From an uncultured SAR86 cluster bacterium (GTDB lineage: Bacteria > Pseudomonadota > Gammaproteobacteria > Magnimaribacterales > D2472): DNA of 59,777 nucleotides. The position numbers were made by a program, and so were the translations under genes. Positions 36,385 through 45,944 of the stretch are shown here, piece by piece; positions within the stretch are counted from its first letter, which is position 1; every line of letters begins with the position of its first letter. The stretch lies in the NCBI GenBank assembly GCA_902515455.1, contig CABXUO010000003.1, positions 1 to 59,777 of the forward strand. The letters run 5' to 3'. The notes below the pieces were generated by a model. It saw nothing but the letters and a program-made list of their open reading frames with translations. It did not search any database and was not told the DNA's origin.

Positions 36385-38565
36385 TTACTTTCTTGGATTA
36401 TAAAAATATTGAAATTTTGCATAAATCTGTGAAGTTTCAAGCCTTATGTTATCGCTAAAAGGATTTGGTTCTTCATAAAATTGAGTACCACCTGCATAAA
36501 AAATTGTATATGGATTAGGTTTCCATTGAATTAGTGCCTCTAGAAAGTAGTCATCAGTAAATTCATTTTTTTCAATAATAGTTCGAGTCGATAGGGCATT
36601 ATCAATTTGGTAATCAACTTCAAATCTATTGATTTCGCCAGCATAAAATTCTTCATTAGTTATTTTATCTTTTAGCTCAGAGTATCTATGACCAAGGGAA
36701 ATTTTGAAATTATCAGAAAATCTAAATACTGTAAATAAATTATATTCTGTTGAATCTCCAATCTTTGGCTCCTCAATTCTGTAAGCTATAGCTTCACCTT
36801 TTTCATATCTTAAGCTTGTAAAAAAACCTTCAGTCGGATGATATGTCCCGCTAATTTCATAATCTACTTGTTCACCATACTGAATACCCTCAAATTTTTC
36901 GCTGGGTTTGATTTGGTATTCAATGCCTCCTGTAAAATTAAAGTTTGTCTCTAAATCCATGCTGAGTTCATAAAACTCTTGCGTCTTTTGATTTCTATAA
37001 TTAATCCTATTTCTATTATTCCAACGAAAATTAATTTTCCTAAGTATTCCTTGATACCTATAAGTTCTTCCATACCAATAGTTACGGCTTTTATAATCAT
37101 TACGTCCAACAAAACCAACATGAGCTCTGTAAGTAGGGGATACATCTTTAAATCTTATGCCCCAATTTGATTCATTTACAGCTCTTCTTAAGCGAAAATT
37201 TTTAGCTGTTCCAGAAAAGGATTCTCCATCCATTGCATAAGTTCTTCCAGCAAATGTTTCGTCAGAGTCTATAAAATTAATATTACCTTCTTGGGTATCA
37301 CTTCTTGCGTAATTTAGATCTAAGATATAGTCATCAAGAAAATTAATCAGACTATCAAATTCAATTAATGATCCAGAGCCACCAACATGATAATCTCTAT
37401 TTGTAGCTATAAGTCCAATGTGAGACTTATTTCCTAAATTTTTTTTAAATCTCCCTATTGTGACCTTGCTTTTGCCTGCATTGCCTTTAATAGATTTGTA
37501 TTGCCCAGCTGCTAAATATGGTGAATCAGTATCTGTTGCCTGCATTAAATAAGTTGAGCTACTGGTTCCTTGATTAATATACTTTAGCGCACCTAACGGA
37601 TTGGTTATTGATCTTGTATATACGGTTTGCATGTCAGATTTCAGTAATTCTGACCCTTCAAGAAAGAAAGTTCTTTTTTCAGGAAATGACATAGCAAATG
37701 TTTGATTCGCCATTATCATAGGAACATCAGATTCAACTTGAGAGAAGTCAGGATTAATGGTGTATTCAATTGATGAGGACTTGCTAAGGTCATAAAGACC
37801 AGTAATACCAATTTCATAGTCAGGATTCTGCAATTTAAAGTCTTTTTTCGGTCTGTCACCATTCTGATTAAGAAAAATATATGGATATAAATAGCTTCTG
37901 TATATTTTTTCTGGTGAACCTAAAAGTACCTCCTCATCTGCCTGACATGCATAGCAAGTTTCTGCTGGAAGATTTTTAAATGATCCAAATACAGTTTGAA
38001 CTCCTGCCTGATAAGATTTCCTAATAAACCCCATCTTCCATTTTTGCACTTCTTCATCAGGTAATTGAAGCTCTGCAAAAGGAATAATGAATTCAGCTGA
38101 ATAACCATCATCTTGGAATGCTGTTGCAGAATCAAAAAGAATATCCCAGGAATTATCAGGCTCAGCATTGCTTATGTGTATTTCGTCTAATTGAACACCT
38201 AAAGCATTAACACCAATTAAAATTCCATATCTGCCATCTCTGAAAGGATCAAACATTAAGGCAACATAATCTTCATTCCAAGTTTGATCTCTATTTTTTA
38301 AAGTAGCTCTTATTTTTTTTGGATCTCCGAAAGCTTTTATGCCTATGTATAAGTATTTTTTATCAAATTTCATATAGGCAGTTGTTTTTAGGGCTGCAGG
38401 GGTATTTCTTGATGGCATCAACTCATACTCTAAGTCAAATTCAGTTGATTGATTCCATTCATCTTTTTTAAGCACCCCATCTAAATCAATGCCATTTGAA
38501 TCGCCACTAGCAATTTCTAGAGTAAATATACTCATTAAGGTTATGCAGAAATATTTTTGGAGCAT
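36385..38565 (-). CDS. Outer-membrane/secreted protein with an N-terminal CBM9-like carbohydrate-binding domain and a beta-rich C-terminal region (DUF5916-like)
   Basis: A signal peptide follows the MLQKYF start, which I prefer over 38622. The N-terminal region has DEW..Y...D...LYIG..A.D. The long Y/F/N-rich C-terminal part suggests a beta-barrel. The family assignment is from memory. Confidence 0.5.
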   Translation of the reverse strand: MLQKYFCITLMSIFTLEIASGDSNGIDLDGVLKKDEWNQSTEFDLEYELMPSRNTPAALKTTAYMKFDKKYLYIGIKAFGDPKKIRATLKNRDQTWNEDYVALMFDPFRDGRYGILIGVNALGVQLDEIHISNAEPDNSWDILFDSATAFQDDGYSAEFIIPFAELQLPDEEVQKWKMGFIRKSYQAGVQTVFGSFKNLPAETCYACQADEEVLLGSPEKIYRSYLYPYIFLNQNGDRPKKDFKLQNPDYEIGITGLYDLSKSSSIEYTINPDFSQVESDVPMIMANQTFAMSFPEKRTFFLEGSELLKSDMQTVYTRSITNPLGALKYINQGTSSSTYLMQATDTDSPYLAAGQYKSIKGNAGKSKVTIGRFKKNLGNKSHIGLIATNRDYHVGGSGSLIEFDSLINFLDDYILDLNYARSDTQEGNINFIDSDETFAGRTYAMDGESFSGTAKNFRLRRAVNESNWGIRFKDVSPTYRAHVGFVGRNDYKSRNYWYGRTYRYQGILRKINFRWNNRNRINYRNQKTQEFYELSMDLETNFNFTGGIEYQIKPSEKFEGIQYGEQVDYEISGTYHPTEGFFTSLRYEKGEAIAYRIEEPKIGDSTEYNLFTVFRFSDNFKISLGHRYSELKDKITNEEFYAGEINRFEVDYQIDNALSTRTIIEKNEFTDDYFLEALIQWKPNPYTIFYAGGTQFYEEPNPFSDNIRLETSQIYAKFQYFYNPRK

Positions 38566-38724
38566 CGAGATTCTAGTTACAAAAATTAAATTTAAATAGT
38601 GTATGGAAGCTTTGAGGAGCATATTTTAAGGTAATTGGTGATGTAATTATATATAGTTTGCTAAGATTTTTTGTTCAATTTCGTAGGAAAATATGCTGAT
38701 TTCGGTATAATCATCCACAGTAAT

Positions 38725-38928
38725 ATGGCAGACAGTAAAAAAAAGCAAACAAAGGTTTATTTAATCCCTGAGAGTGAGTCTAGAGATAGTCACACCTATC
38801 ATTATTTAGCTGTAAAAACCAAGAAACTCGTTATTGAAAATCAGAAATTAAGATTAAAGAAATTTAATCCTGCCAAACAGAAACACGAGTGGTTTGTAGA
38901 AGCGAAATTGCCCCCACACTCTAAATAA
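38725..38928 (+). CDS. Divergent ribosomal protein L33-like protein (67 aa)
   Basis: From the ATG at 38725, ..HTYHYLAVKTKK..QKLRLKKFNPAKQKHEWFVEAKL aligns by eye with E. coli L33 (..[34 protein letters not shown]). Confidence 0.5.
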   Translation: MADSKKKQTKVYLIPESESRDSHTYHYLAVKTKKLVIENQKLRLKKFNPAKQKHEWFVEAKLPPHSK

Positions 38929-38932
38929 TATT

Positions 38933-40039
38933 TTACTTATCTATCTTTCTTATTATTGAAGAAGAGATATCATCCCTAAAAATTTCTTCACCAAATCCAG
39001 TGAATCTTTTATTAATATGTTCTGGGATTTCTACTGAATCAAGGCTGATAAAGTTATCCTCAATTTTACGCCCAAAAACAAGAAAATTTATGTTGTGGCT
39101 ATTAAATAGATCAAGTTGATCGAGCATATCTTTTCTATTGAGGTAAAACCTCTCATCTAACATTCTTGTAAGTGTATCCGCTCCAATAATAAATACTGAA
39201 TTAGGAAATAATTTAGCTTTATCAGAAAATTTACCTGCTTTCGTAAGCACCCAATCATAGCTTTGACTAAATTGAAGTACAGTCCTTTGAATTTCATGAT
39301 ATGAGAGAGGAGGCTTATCAGCATTTTGAATACAAATTTCATAGGCAGGACTAAGACCAGTTTTTTTCTGTGCTAATTCACTCATTTCAGCATGACCTGA
39401 ATGAAATGGATTAAACGAACCTGGAAAAATTAATTCTGGTAAATGATTAGATGAAGAAACATAATCAATTTTATTATCGACTAGCTTTATCCAAGATTTT
39501 TCTGCTTTTACTTTTTCAATCCTAAGATTTGGAGTTTCATCTTTAATGCCATGATTAACTCCACATGCGCCTGATAGGGCATTAATTATATATTTAGTAA
39601 CCACTGCTTCCTCTTCATCCCTGGATAATTCTCCCTTAGTAAATTGGTACGAGAAACTATGTGAATACTTATGAGTTTGAATAGCAATGAAAAATTTATG
39701 ATCACCCTTTTTTGCGTAATTGGTTGCCAATGATGCTGTAATAGCAATACCCAATAATTTTTTTTGATGAGTTTTTGGATCAATTTTTTTTGCAGCACTA
39801 TAAGCCTTGGCGGCCATGCTTAGAGTTGTATCATGACTACAGTAATGATCAGGTTGCCTCAAAAGATAATGATCAAGTGATTCCTTTGCATAAGGAACAT
39901 AAGCCTCTAAGACAGAATTACTGGCACCCGGGACTTTTAAAATTTCAGATATTGCATTGGTTCCACCGCCACTTGAAATTAAGACAAAACGAAAAGTTGA
40001 ATCATGAATTTTTTTTATGGTTTCTAAATATTCTGACAT
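38933..40039 (-). CDS. Fusion protein with an N-terminal CinA-C/PncC-like domain and a C-terminal cytidylyltransferase-fold (NadD-like) nucleotidyltransferase
   Basis: The N-terminus (ISSGGGTNAISEILKVPGASNSVLEAYVPYAKES) resembles the ESCTGG..VPGSS..GG.V.Y region of PncC. The C-terminal half carries GSFNPFHSGHAEM (the GxFxPxHxGH motif). Confidence 0.6.
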   Translation of the reverse strand: MSEYLETIKKIHDSTFRFVLISSGGGTNAISEILKVPGASNSVLEAYVPYAKESLDHYLLRQPDHYCSHDTTLSMAAKAYSAAKKIDPKTHQKKLLGIAITASLATNYAKKGDHKFFIAIQTHKYSHSFSYQFTKGELSRDEEEAVVTKYIINALSGACGVNHGIKDETPNLRIEKVKAEKSWIKLVDNKIDYVSSSNHLPELIFPGSFNPFHSGHAEMSELAQKKTGLSPAYEICIQNADKPPLSYHEIQRTVLQFSQSYDWVLTKAGKFSDKAKLFPNSVFIIGADTLTRMLDERFYLNRKDMLDQLDLFNSHNINFLVFGRKIEDNFISLDSVEIPEHINKRFTGFGEEIFRDDISSSIIRKIDK

Positions 40040-40092
40040 TTATATAATTAAGTTAAAGAGCTGATTGTTTTTGAGTGCATAATTAAATTACT

Positions 40093-41970
40093 GTGAATAT
40101 TAACAAACAAACCTTATCTAATGCATTGGATTCTGCAAGTTTTCCTGTTATCGCTGCTTTAATGGTCCATTTTACAGGAGATATTTCTATCTTAAATAAA
40201 TTACCTCAACCAAACCAAGTAGTTTTGGGAGAAACACAAGGTTTCTTAAGTTCAGAGGATAAAAAAATCATTAAAGAATTTGCCCTCAATGAAATAGAAA
40301 AATTTTTTAAACATTCACAAAAACAAGATTTATATCTTCCATCCAATGATGAGTTAAACACAATGATGAATTATATTGTTGGAGAGGTTGTTTCTCCTGA
40401 ATATGCTCCGATGATGTTGCAAGAGATAAATATCAATCTTGCAGAGACTCAACATTTGAAGAAATCAAATCATTTTCAATCTGATCTAGAGGTATTGATT
40501 ATTGGAGCAGGGATGTCAGGAATATTAGCTGGAATCAAACTTGCTGAATTAGGCATCAAATTTAAAATTTATGAAAAAAATATTCGCGTTGGAGGAACTT
40601 GGTACGAGAATCAATATCCTGGTTCAAGAGTGGATATTGCAAATCATTTTTATTCATATTCTTTTGAAGATAATCATCAATGGTCAGAACATTTTTCTCA
40701 ACAACCAGAATTATTAGAATATTTTGAAAAATGTTTTTATAAATATGGCATTGAAAAAAATACATATTTTGAAACAGAAGTTATATCTGCTACTTTCGAT
40801 GATTTGACTAACTTATGGTCTGTAACCTCTCAGAATAAACATAACCAAATACAAGAAGAGACTAACATCATCATCTCTTGCGTTGGCCAACTTAATCAAT
40901 CTAATTTACCTATAATTAATGGTTTTGATGATTTTCAAGGGGATGTTTTTCATTCTTCACAATGGCCTGATCATGATGCGATTTCTGAAAAAAAAGTTGC
41001 AGTAGTAGGAAGTGGAGCCAGCGCTTTTCAAATAGTTCCTAGTATCGCTGAAGCATGCAAAGAACTAACTATTTTTCAAAGATCTCCTCCATGGATGTTT
41101 CCTAATCCTATTTATCATGATGAAGTAGATCAAGGAAAAAAATGGTTGCTAGCTAATCTTCCATTTTATGCAAGATGGTATAGATTTTTATTATTTTATC
41201 CTGGCTCTGATCAATTGCTTGATTCATTATTTATAGATCCAAGCTGGAAAGAGAACCATTCTATAAACAAAGACAATGATGCGATGAGGGAGCTTTTTAC
41301 TGAAGCTATGATGTCTCAAATTTCTGATGAATCATTAATTGAAAAAGTAATTCCAAAATACCCACCTTTTGGTAAACGTATGTTGCAAGATAATGGAGCA
41401 TGGTTAAGGACTCTGCATCTACCAAATGTTAATTTGCTTACAGAAGGTGTCACAGATATGTCGTCAAAAGGTGTTATTTCTTCTAGTAAAGAAATAGAGC
41501 TTGATACGATCATTTTTGCAACAGGTTTTAAGGCTCAAGAATTTTTTTGCCCAATGAAGATTGATGGAGGTTTTGGAGATTTTAACAAGACTTATAAAGA
41601 TTCACCTAAATCATATCTTGGCATTACCTTTTCAACCATGCCTAATTTTTTTGCTATGTATGGTCCTGGTACAAATTTAGCTCATGCAGGAAGCATTATT
41701 TTTAATTCTGAATGTCAAATTAATTATATTTGTTCTGCAATTGAATATTTGGCAAATAATAATTTAAAAACATTTAAAGTTAAAAGTGACATAGAACAAC
41801 AATATCAAGATAAGTTTGAAGCAAGACATGAACAAATGGTTTGGGAGCATGAAAAAGTCTCAAGTTGGTATCAAAACTCCTCTGGTAAAGTTGTGACCAC
41901 ATCTCCATGGAAGTTGCTAGAATATTGGAATTGGACTAAAAAATTTAATGAAAATGATTATGAATTTTAG
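40093..41970 (+). CDS. Baeyer-Villiger type flavin monooxygenase with an N-terminal extension of about 130 aa
   Basis: 625 aa with the FAD motif GAGMSG near residue 140, the BVMO fingerprint FQGDVFHSSQWPD and a second dinucleotide motif GSGASA. Confidence 0.8.
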   Translation: MNINKQTLSNALDSASFPVIAALMVHFTGDISILNKLPQPNQVVLGETQGFLSSEDKKIIKEFALNEIEKFFKHSQKQDLYLPSNDELNTMMNYIVGEVVSPEYAPMMLQEININLAETQHLKKSNHFQSDLEVLIIGAGMSGILAGIKLAELGIKFKIYEKNIRVGGTWYENQYPGSRVDIANHFYSYSFEDNHQWSEHFSQQPELLEYFEKCFYKYGIEKNTYFETEVISATFDDLTNLWSVTSQNKHNQIQEETNIIISCVGQLNQSNLPIINGFDDFQGDVFHSSQWPDHDAISEKKVAVVGSGASAFQIVPSIAEACKELTIFQRSPPWMFPNPIYHDEVDQGKKWLLANLPFYARWYRFLLFYPGSDQLLDSLFIDPSWKENHSINKDNDAMRELFTEAMMSQISDESLIEKVIPKYPPFGKRMLQDNGAWLRTLHLPNVNLLTEGVTDMSSKGVISSSKEIELDTIIFATGFKAQEFFCPMKIDGGFGDFNKTYKDSPKSYLGITFSTMPNFFAMYGPGTNLAHAGSIIFNSECQINYICSAIEYLANNNLKTFKVKSDIEQQYQDKFEARHEQMVWEHEKVSSWYQNSSGKVVTTSPWKLLEYWNWTKKFNENDYEF

Positions 41971-43591
41971 GTATTTAATACTCTTAATTGCTTTGTTTAG
42001 TTTTAATTCTTTTGCAGATATAAAAAAACCAAATATTATTATTTTTTTAGTAGATGATCTAGGGTGGGCAGATATTTCTCTAAGAGGAGCTCCCTTCAAA
42101 ACACCAAACATTGATTCTTTATTTAAAGAGGGAGTTTCTTTAAATAGATTTTATACAACACCAATATGCAGTCCAACAAGAGCGGCATTAATGACGGGCA
42201 GAGATCCACTAAAACTTGGTGTAGCCTACAGTGTAATAATGCCTTGGATGAATAACGGTATTCATCCAGATGAACATTTTATGCCTGAATCTTTTCAAAT
42301 GAACGGTTACCAAACAGCAATGTTTGGAAAATGGCACCTTGGTCATTCGCAGGAAATTTTTCATCCAAATCAAAGAGGATTTGATGATTTTTATGGTCAT
42401 CTTCATACAGAGGTTGGTTATTTCCCTCCATTCTCTAATCAAGGTGGAATTGATTTCCAAAAAAATGGAGTCACCATAAATGATCAAGGTTACTCAACCT
42501 TTCTTTTAGCAAGAGAAGCATCAAATTGGATAAATTCTAGAGATAAAGAAAAACCATTTTTTATGTATGTTCCTTTCTTAGCTCCACATACTCCACTAGA
42601 GGCACCTGATAATTTAATAGAAAAATATAAAACTCTTGAAGATACAAGAAAGCCTACTCGAAATATTGCCGCTGATAGAACAAGAGAGGCAAGCAAAACT
42701 CTGGTGCCATCTGCTAGGCCCTTATATGCTGCAGTTGTGGATGCTCTTGATCAAGCCATTGGCGAGATCTTATTGACTATTGAAGAAGCTGGAATTGAGG
42801 AAGAAACAATAATTCTTTTCAGCTCTGATAACGGAGGAGCTACTTATGGAGGAGGTGGGGCAGATAATTTTCCTCTTCGAGGAGGCAAGGGAGATACATT
42901 CGAGGGAAGTATCAGAGTTGTCGCAGCATTAAAATGGAAAGGGAAAATACAAGCAGGTGGCTCACTTGATCAAATTATGACAGTTATGGATGTATTTCCG
43001 ACTCTTTCATCTGCAAGCGGAATAAATATGAAAAATACAAAAATGATTGATGGCAGAAATATGTGGCCTGCGATCATTGAAGAAGAAGATATTTCGTTAA
43101 AAGAGGATATATACTTTGTATCGGAAATTCCTAATTATGGACATTTTCATACCACTGTATTTAATAAGAAATGGAAGCTTGTCCAATCAATTTCATCTTC
43201 ATTACTTGAAATTAAAGTTGAAAATAAGTTATTTGATATTGCTAATGATCCATATGAGTATCAGGATTTGGCATCCCAAGAACCTAATTTAGTGCAAGAA
43301 ATGGCTGAAAAAATTAGAAACTGGAGGGCCCTGCATCCAATTGCAGGAACTAGAACTCTCTTAGTTCCTCCGCCCGGATGGCGAGCTCCTAAAGATTGGT
43401 CAACTTACACAATTCCAAAAGATAAATTGCAAAATGATGCATCATTAGGCTTTGGGGCTCATGCCCATCAAATTTTAGACTCTTACCTTAAAGATCACGG
43501 AAGAATTATTTATGATTGTAAGCCTGGAGAATGGGAAATAGGCAAATGCATACCTCCTGAAATACCAAAACATCAAGAGCAGCACCATTAA
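41948..43591 (+). CDS. Arylsulfatase (Cys-type formylglycine sulfatase), secreted
   Basis: A signal peptide, DDLGWAD, and the CSPTRAALMTGR sulfatase signature. It overlaps the monooxygenase stop; an alternative start lies at 41960. Confidence 0.88.
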   Translation: MKMIMNFRYLILLIALFSFNSFADIKKPNIIIFLVDDLGWADISLRGAPFKTPNIDSLFKEGVSLNRFYTTPICSPTRAALMTGRDPLKLGVAYSVIMPWMNNGIHPDEHFMPESFQMNGYQTAMFGKWHLGHSQEIFHPNQRGFDDFYGHLHTEVGYFPPFSNQGGIDFQKNGVTINDQGYSTFLLAREASNWINSRDKEKPFFMYVPFLAPHTPLEAPDNLIEKYKTLEDTRKPTRNIAADRTREASKTLVPSARPLYAAVVDALDQAIGEILLTIEEAGIEEETIILFSSDNGGATYGGGGADNFPLRGGKGDTFEGSIRVVAALKWKGKIQAGGSLDQIMTVMDVFPTLSSASGINMKNTKMIDGRNMWPAIIEEEDISLKEDIYFVSEIPNYGHFHTTVFNKKWKLVQSISSSLLEIKVENKLFDIANDPYEYQDLASQEPNLVQEMAEKIRNWRALHPIAGTRTLLVPPPGWRAPKDWSTYTIPKDKLQNDASLGFGAHAHQILDSYLKDHGRIIYDCKPGEWEIGKCIPPEIPKHQEQHH

Positions 43592-44433
43592 TGAAGATTT
43601 TTTTATCAATCTTAGCTTCATTTATTGCTTTTGACCTATCAGCTAGACAAATTCAAGAAGCAACATTTTCCTATTGGAATAAGCCAGATATCAACATTTT
43701 TTATTCAACTCCAGAGCTTATAGATCAGAAAACAAAAATTATTTTTTTAATCCATGGAGACTCAAGAGACGCAAAAAAATCCATTAACGACTGGCTTCAA
43801 ATTGCTAGAGATCGAAATGTCGTTTTAGTTGCTCCAAAATTTTCTGATGATTTTTATTCAGAGTATTCTCTTTTGATGATAAGTAATGAAAAGGGTAGAT
43901 TATTAAATAATAAATCAATGCATTTAGATAATTCATTGGGAATTCTATTTGATTTTTTTCACAGCAAATTAAAGCTCTCTACTTTAAGTTATAGACTCTA
44001 TGGTCATTCAAAGGGTTCTGAATTCGTTCAGCGCTATCTTTTATTTAGCAATGATACAAGAGTAGATAAAGTAGCTATGGCAAATTCTGGATTTTACACA
44101 TTTATTGATGATCAGATAGCTTTTCCTTTTGGGACTAAAAACATGAATCTTTCAAATCAAAGAATAGAGTGGTTCATGCGATTGAAAGGTGGAGTTTTCT
44201 TAAGTGATACTAGCATTAAGAAAATAGATAGCACTCTAATCAAAACAAGAAAAGCAAAAAAACAAGGTAAAGATAGGCTTGATAGAGGTAAAAATTTTTT
44301 TAATGATCTAACCATGCTTGGAGTTGAGAGGAATCTACCGTTTAGATGGAGGTATCAATTAGTCTCCAATGGGACTAAAGGCAGCAATGAGGTCAACACT
44401 GCTGTTTCCGAGTTTTTGTTGGAAGATCTTTAA
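43591..44433 (+). CDS. Secreted alpha/beta hydrolase (esterase/depolymerase-like)
   Basis: 280 aa with a signal peptide, an IIFLIHGDSRD block and the nucleophile elbow GHSKG. Confidence 0.55.
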   Translation: MKIFLSILASFIAFDLSARQIQEATFSYWNKPDINIFYSTPELIDQKTKIIFLIHGDSRDAKKSINDWLQIARDRNVVLVAPKFSDDFYSEYSLLMISNEKGRLLNNKSMHLDNSLGILFDFFHSKLKLSTLSYRLYGHSKGSEFVQRYLLFSNDTRVDKVAMANSGFYTFIDDQIAFPFGTKNMNLSNQRIEWFMRLKGGVFLSDTSIKKIDSTLIKTRKAKKQGKDRLDRGKNFFNDLTMLGVERNLPFRWRYQLVSNGTKGSNEVNTAVSEFLLEDL

Positions 44434-45944
44434 GAAGTATTTTTTTCAATAAATGTTTCCGCAGCATGAAAAATTTTATTTTTTCTATCAGCATTCATCT
44501 TATCGAGCGATCTAATCATTAGTGCCAATCTGGGATTAGTTGCAAAGAAATCTCTATTATTCTCTATAAATTTCCAATACAGACCATCAACCGCATCGCA
44601 CCAGTCTCCCTTTTTATAATTTGACATTCTAAGCATATAACTTGAGCCGCAAATATAAGGCTTTGTAGAAAATATACCACCATCAGCATATGTGCCCATT
44701 CCGAAAACGTTGGGCACCATTACCCAATCAGCAGAATCTACATACATTTCCATAAACCACCTATAAATTTCATTTGGATTGATGTTAGATAAATTCATCA
44801 GATTCGAGATAATCATTAGTCTATTTATATGATGCGTATAACCTGTTGATGCAGATTCTTTAATTGCATCATCTAATATGGGAATTCCTGTTTCTCCAGA
44901 ATACCAGTTATTATTGAAACTATTTTTATGAGACCAATAGTTCATCTGTTTGTATTGGGGCATATTTTCCCAATAAACTCCTCTAATAAACTCTCTCCAT
45001 CCCAAAATTTGTCTAACAAATCCTTCTAAAGCATTTATTGGAATTTTATTATCTGTATCATTGAAATAGCTTACAGCATCAACAATACACTCCATTGGAT
45101 CTAATAACCCAGAGTTTATGTATGGAGATAAAAGAGAATGAAATAGAGTATTATTTTCTTTATCAATAGCATCTTCAAAATCTCCAAACAACCTAAAGTA
45201 ATTATTTAAGAATGATTTGAGTTGTTTTCTCGCTCCTTTATGAGTAACTGCCCAATTAAAAACCTCTAAATCTCCCATTGAATCTGGAAAACAATTTTCT
45301 ACATCAACCATTGTTGATACTGTTATCTCATCTGATTTTATTTTGACTCTTTTTTTTGGTATTTCTTTTAATTTTGAGATACTTTTTTGATTTTCTTTAT
45401 CAAAATTCCATTTATCTCCCAAAGGTTTATTACCACTCATTAGTAAGTTATATTTTTTTCTAAGCCATCGGTAATAATATTCTTGAACTAGAGATTTTTT
45501 ATCCTTTGACCATTCAGAGAATCCATCTATTGAATCAATAAATTTTGTATCTGGATAAATTTTTAATTCAACATTATGAGTTGATCCAAAGAACATCAGC
45601 TGAGTCAAAATTCCATGATCACTTGGTTGCGTTAAATGTAAAACATTGAATTCAATTTTTTTATGCATGGTTTCAAGCTCATGCATCAAGTCTTTGTTTC
45701 TATCTTTTGTAATTTTTATATGAATAATGTTTTGAAAATCTTTTTCTAATTCTTTTTTCCAGTGTCTTAAGCCTGAAATCAGTAATACCAATTTATGTTT
45801 ATGATGTTTTAGTTGGTAAAAAGAATCACATGGTTCATAAAGTAATAGCGGATCAGAATTCTTGATGGCAGAAAGAACTTTATTATTGGCAGATAACTCA
45901 TCTGGAAATATTAGCCCCATGTTTTTCATGCTTGATCCTGTCAT
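44430..45944 (-). CDS. Cryptochrome/photolyase family protein, COG3046 / FeS-BCP (PhrB/CryB-like) type
   Basis: 504 aa with GWREFIRGVYW and GYTHHINRLMIISNLMNL, typical of the photolyase-related protein family. Confidence 0.8.
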   Translation of the reverse strand: MTGSSMKNMGLIFPDELSANNKVLSAIKNSDPLLLYEPCDSFYQLKHHKHKLVLLISGLRHWKKELEKDFQNIIHIKITKDRNKDLMHELETMHKKIEFNVLHLTQPSDHGILTQLMFFGSTHNVELKIYPDTKFIDSIDGFSEWSKDKKSLVQEYYYRWLRKKYNLLMSGNKPLGDKWNFDKENQKSISKLKEIPKKRVKIKSDEITVSTMVDVENCFPDSMGDLEVFNWAVTHKGARKQLKSFLNNYFRLFGDFEDAIDKENNTLFHSLLSPYINSGLLDPMECIVDAVSYFNDTDNKIPINALEGFVRQILGWREFIRGVYWENMPQYKQMNYWSHKNSFNNNWYSGETGIPILDDAIKESASTGYTHHINRLMIISNLMNLSNINPNEIYRWFMEMYVDSADWVMVPNVFGMGTYADGGIFSTKPYICGSSYMLRMSNYKKGDWCDAVDGLYWKFIENNRDFFATNPRLALMIRSLDKMNADRKNKIFHAAETFIEKNTS

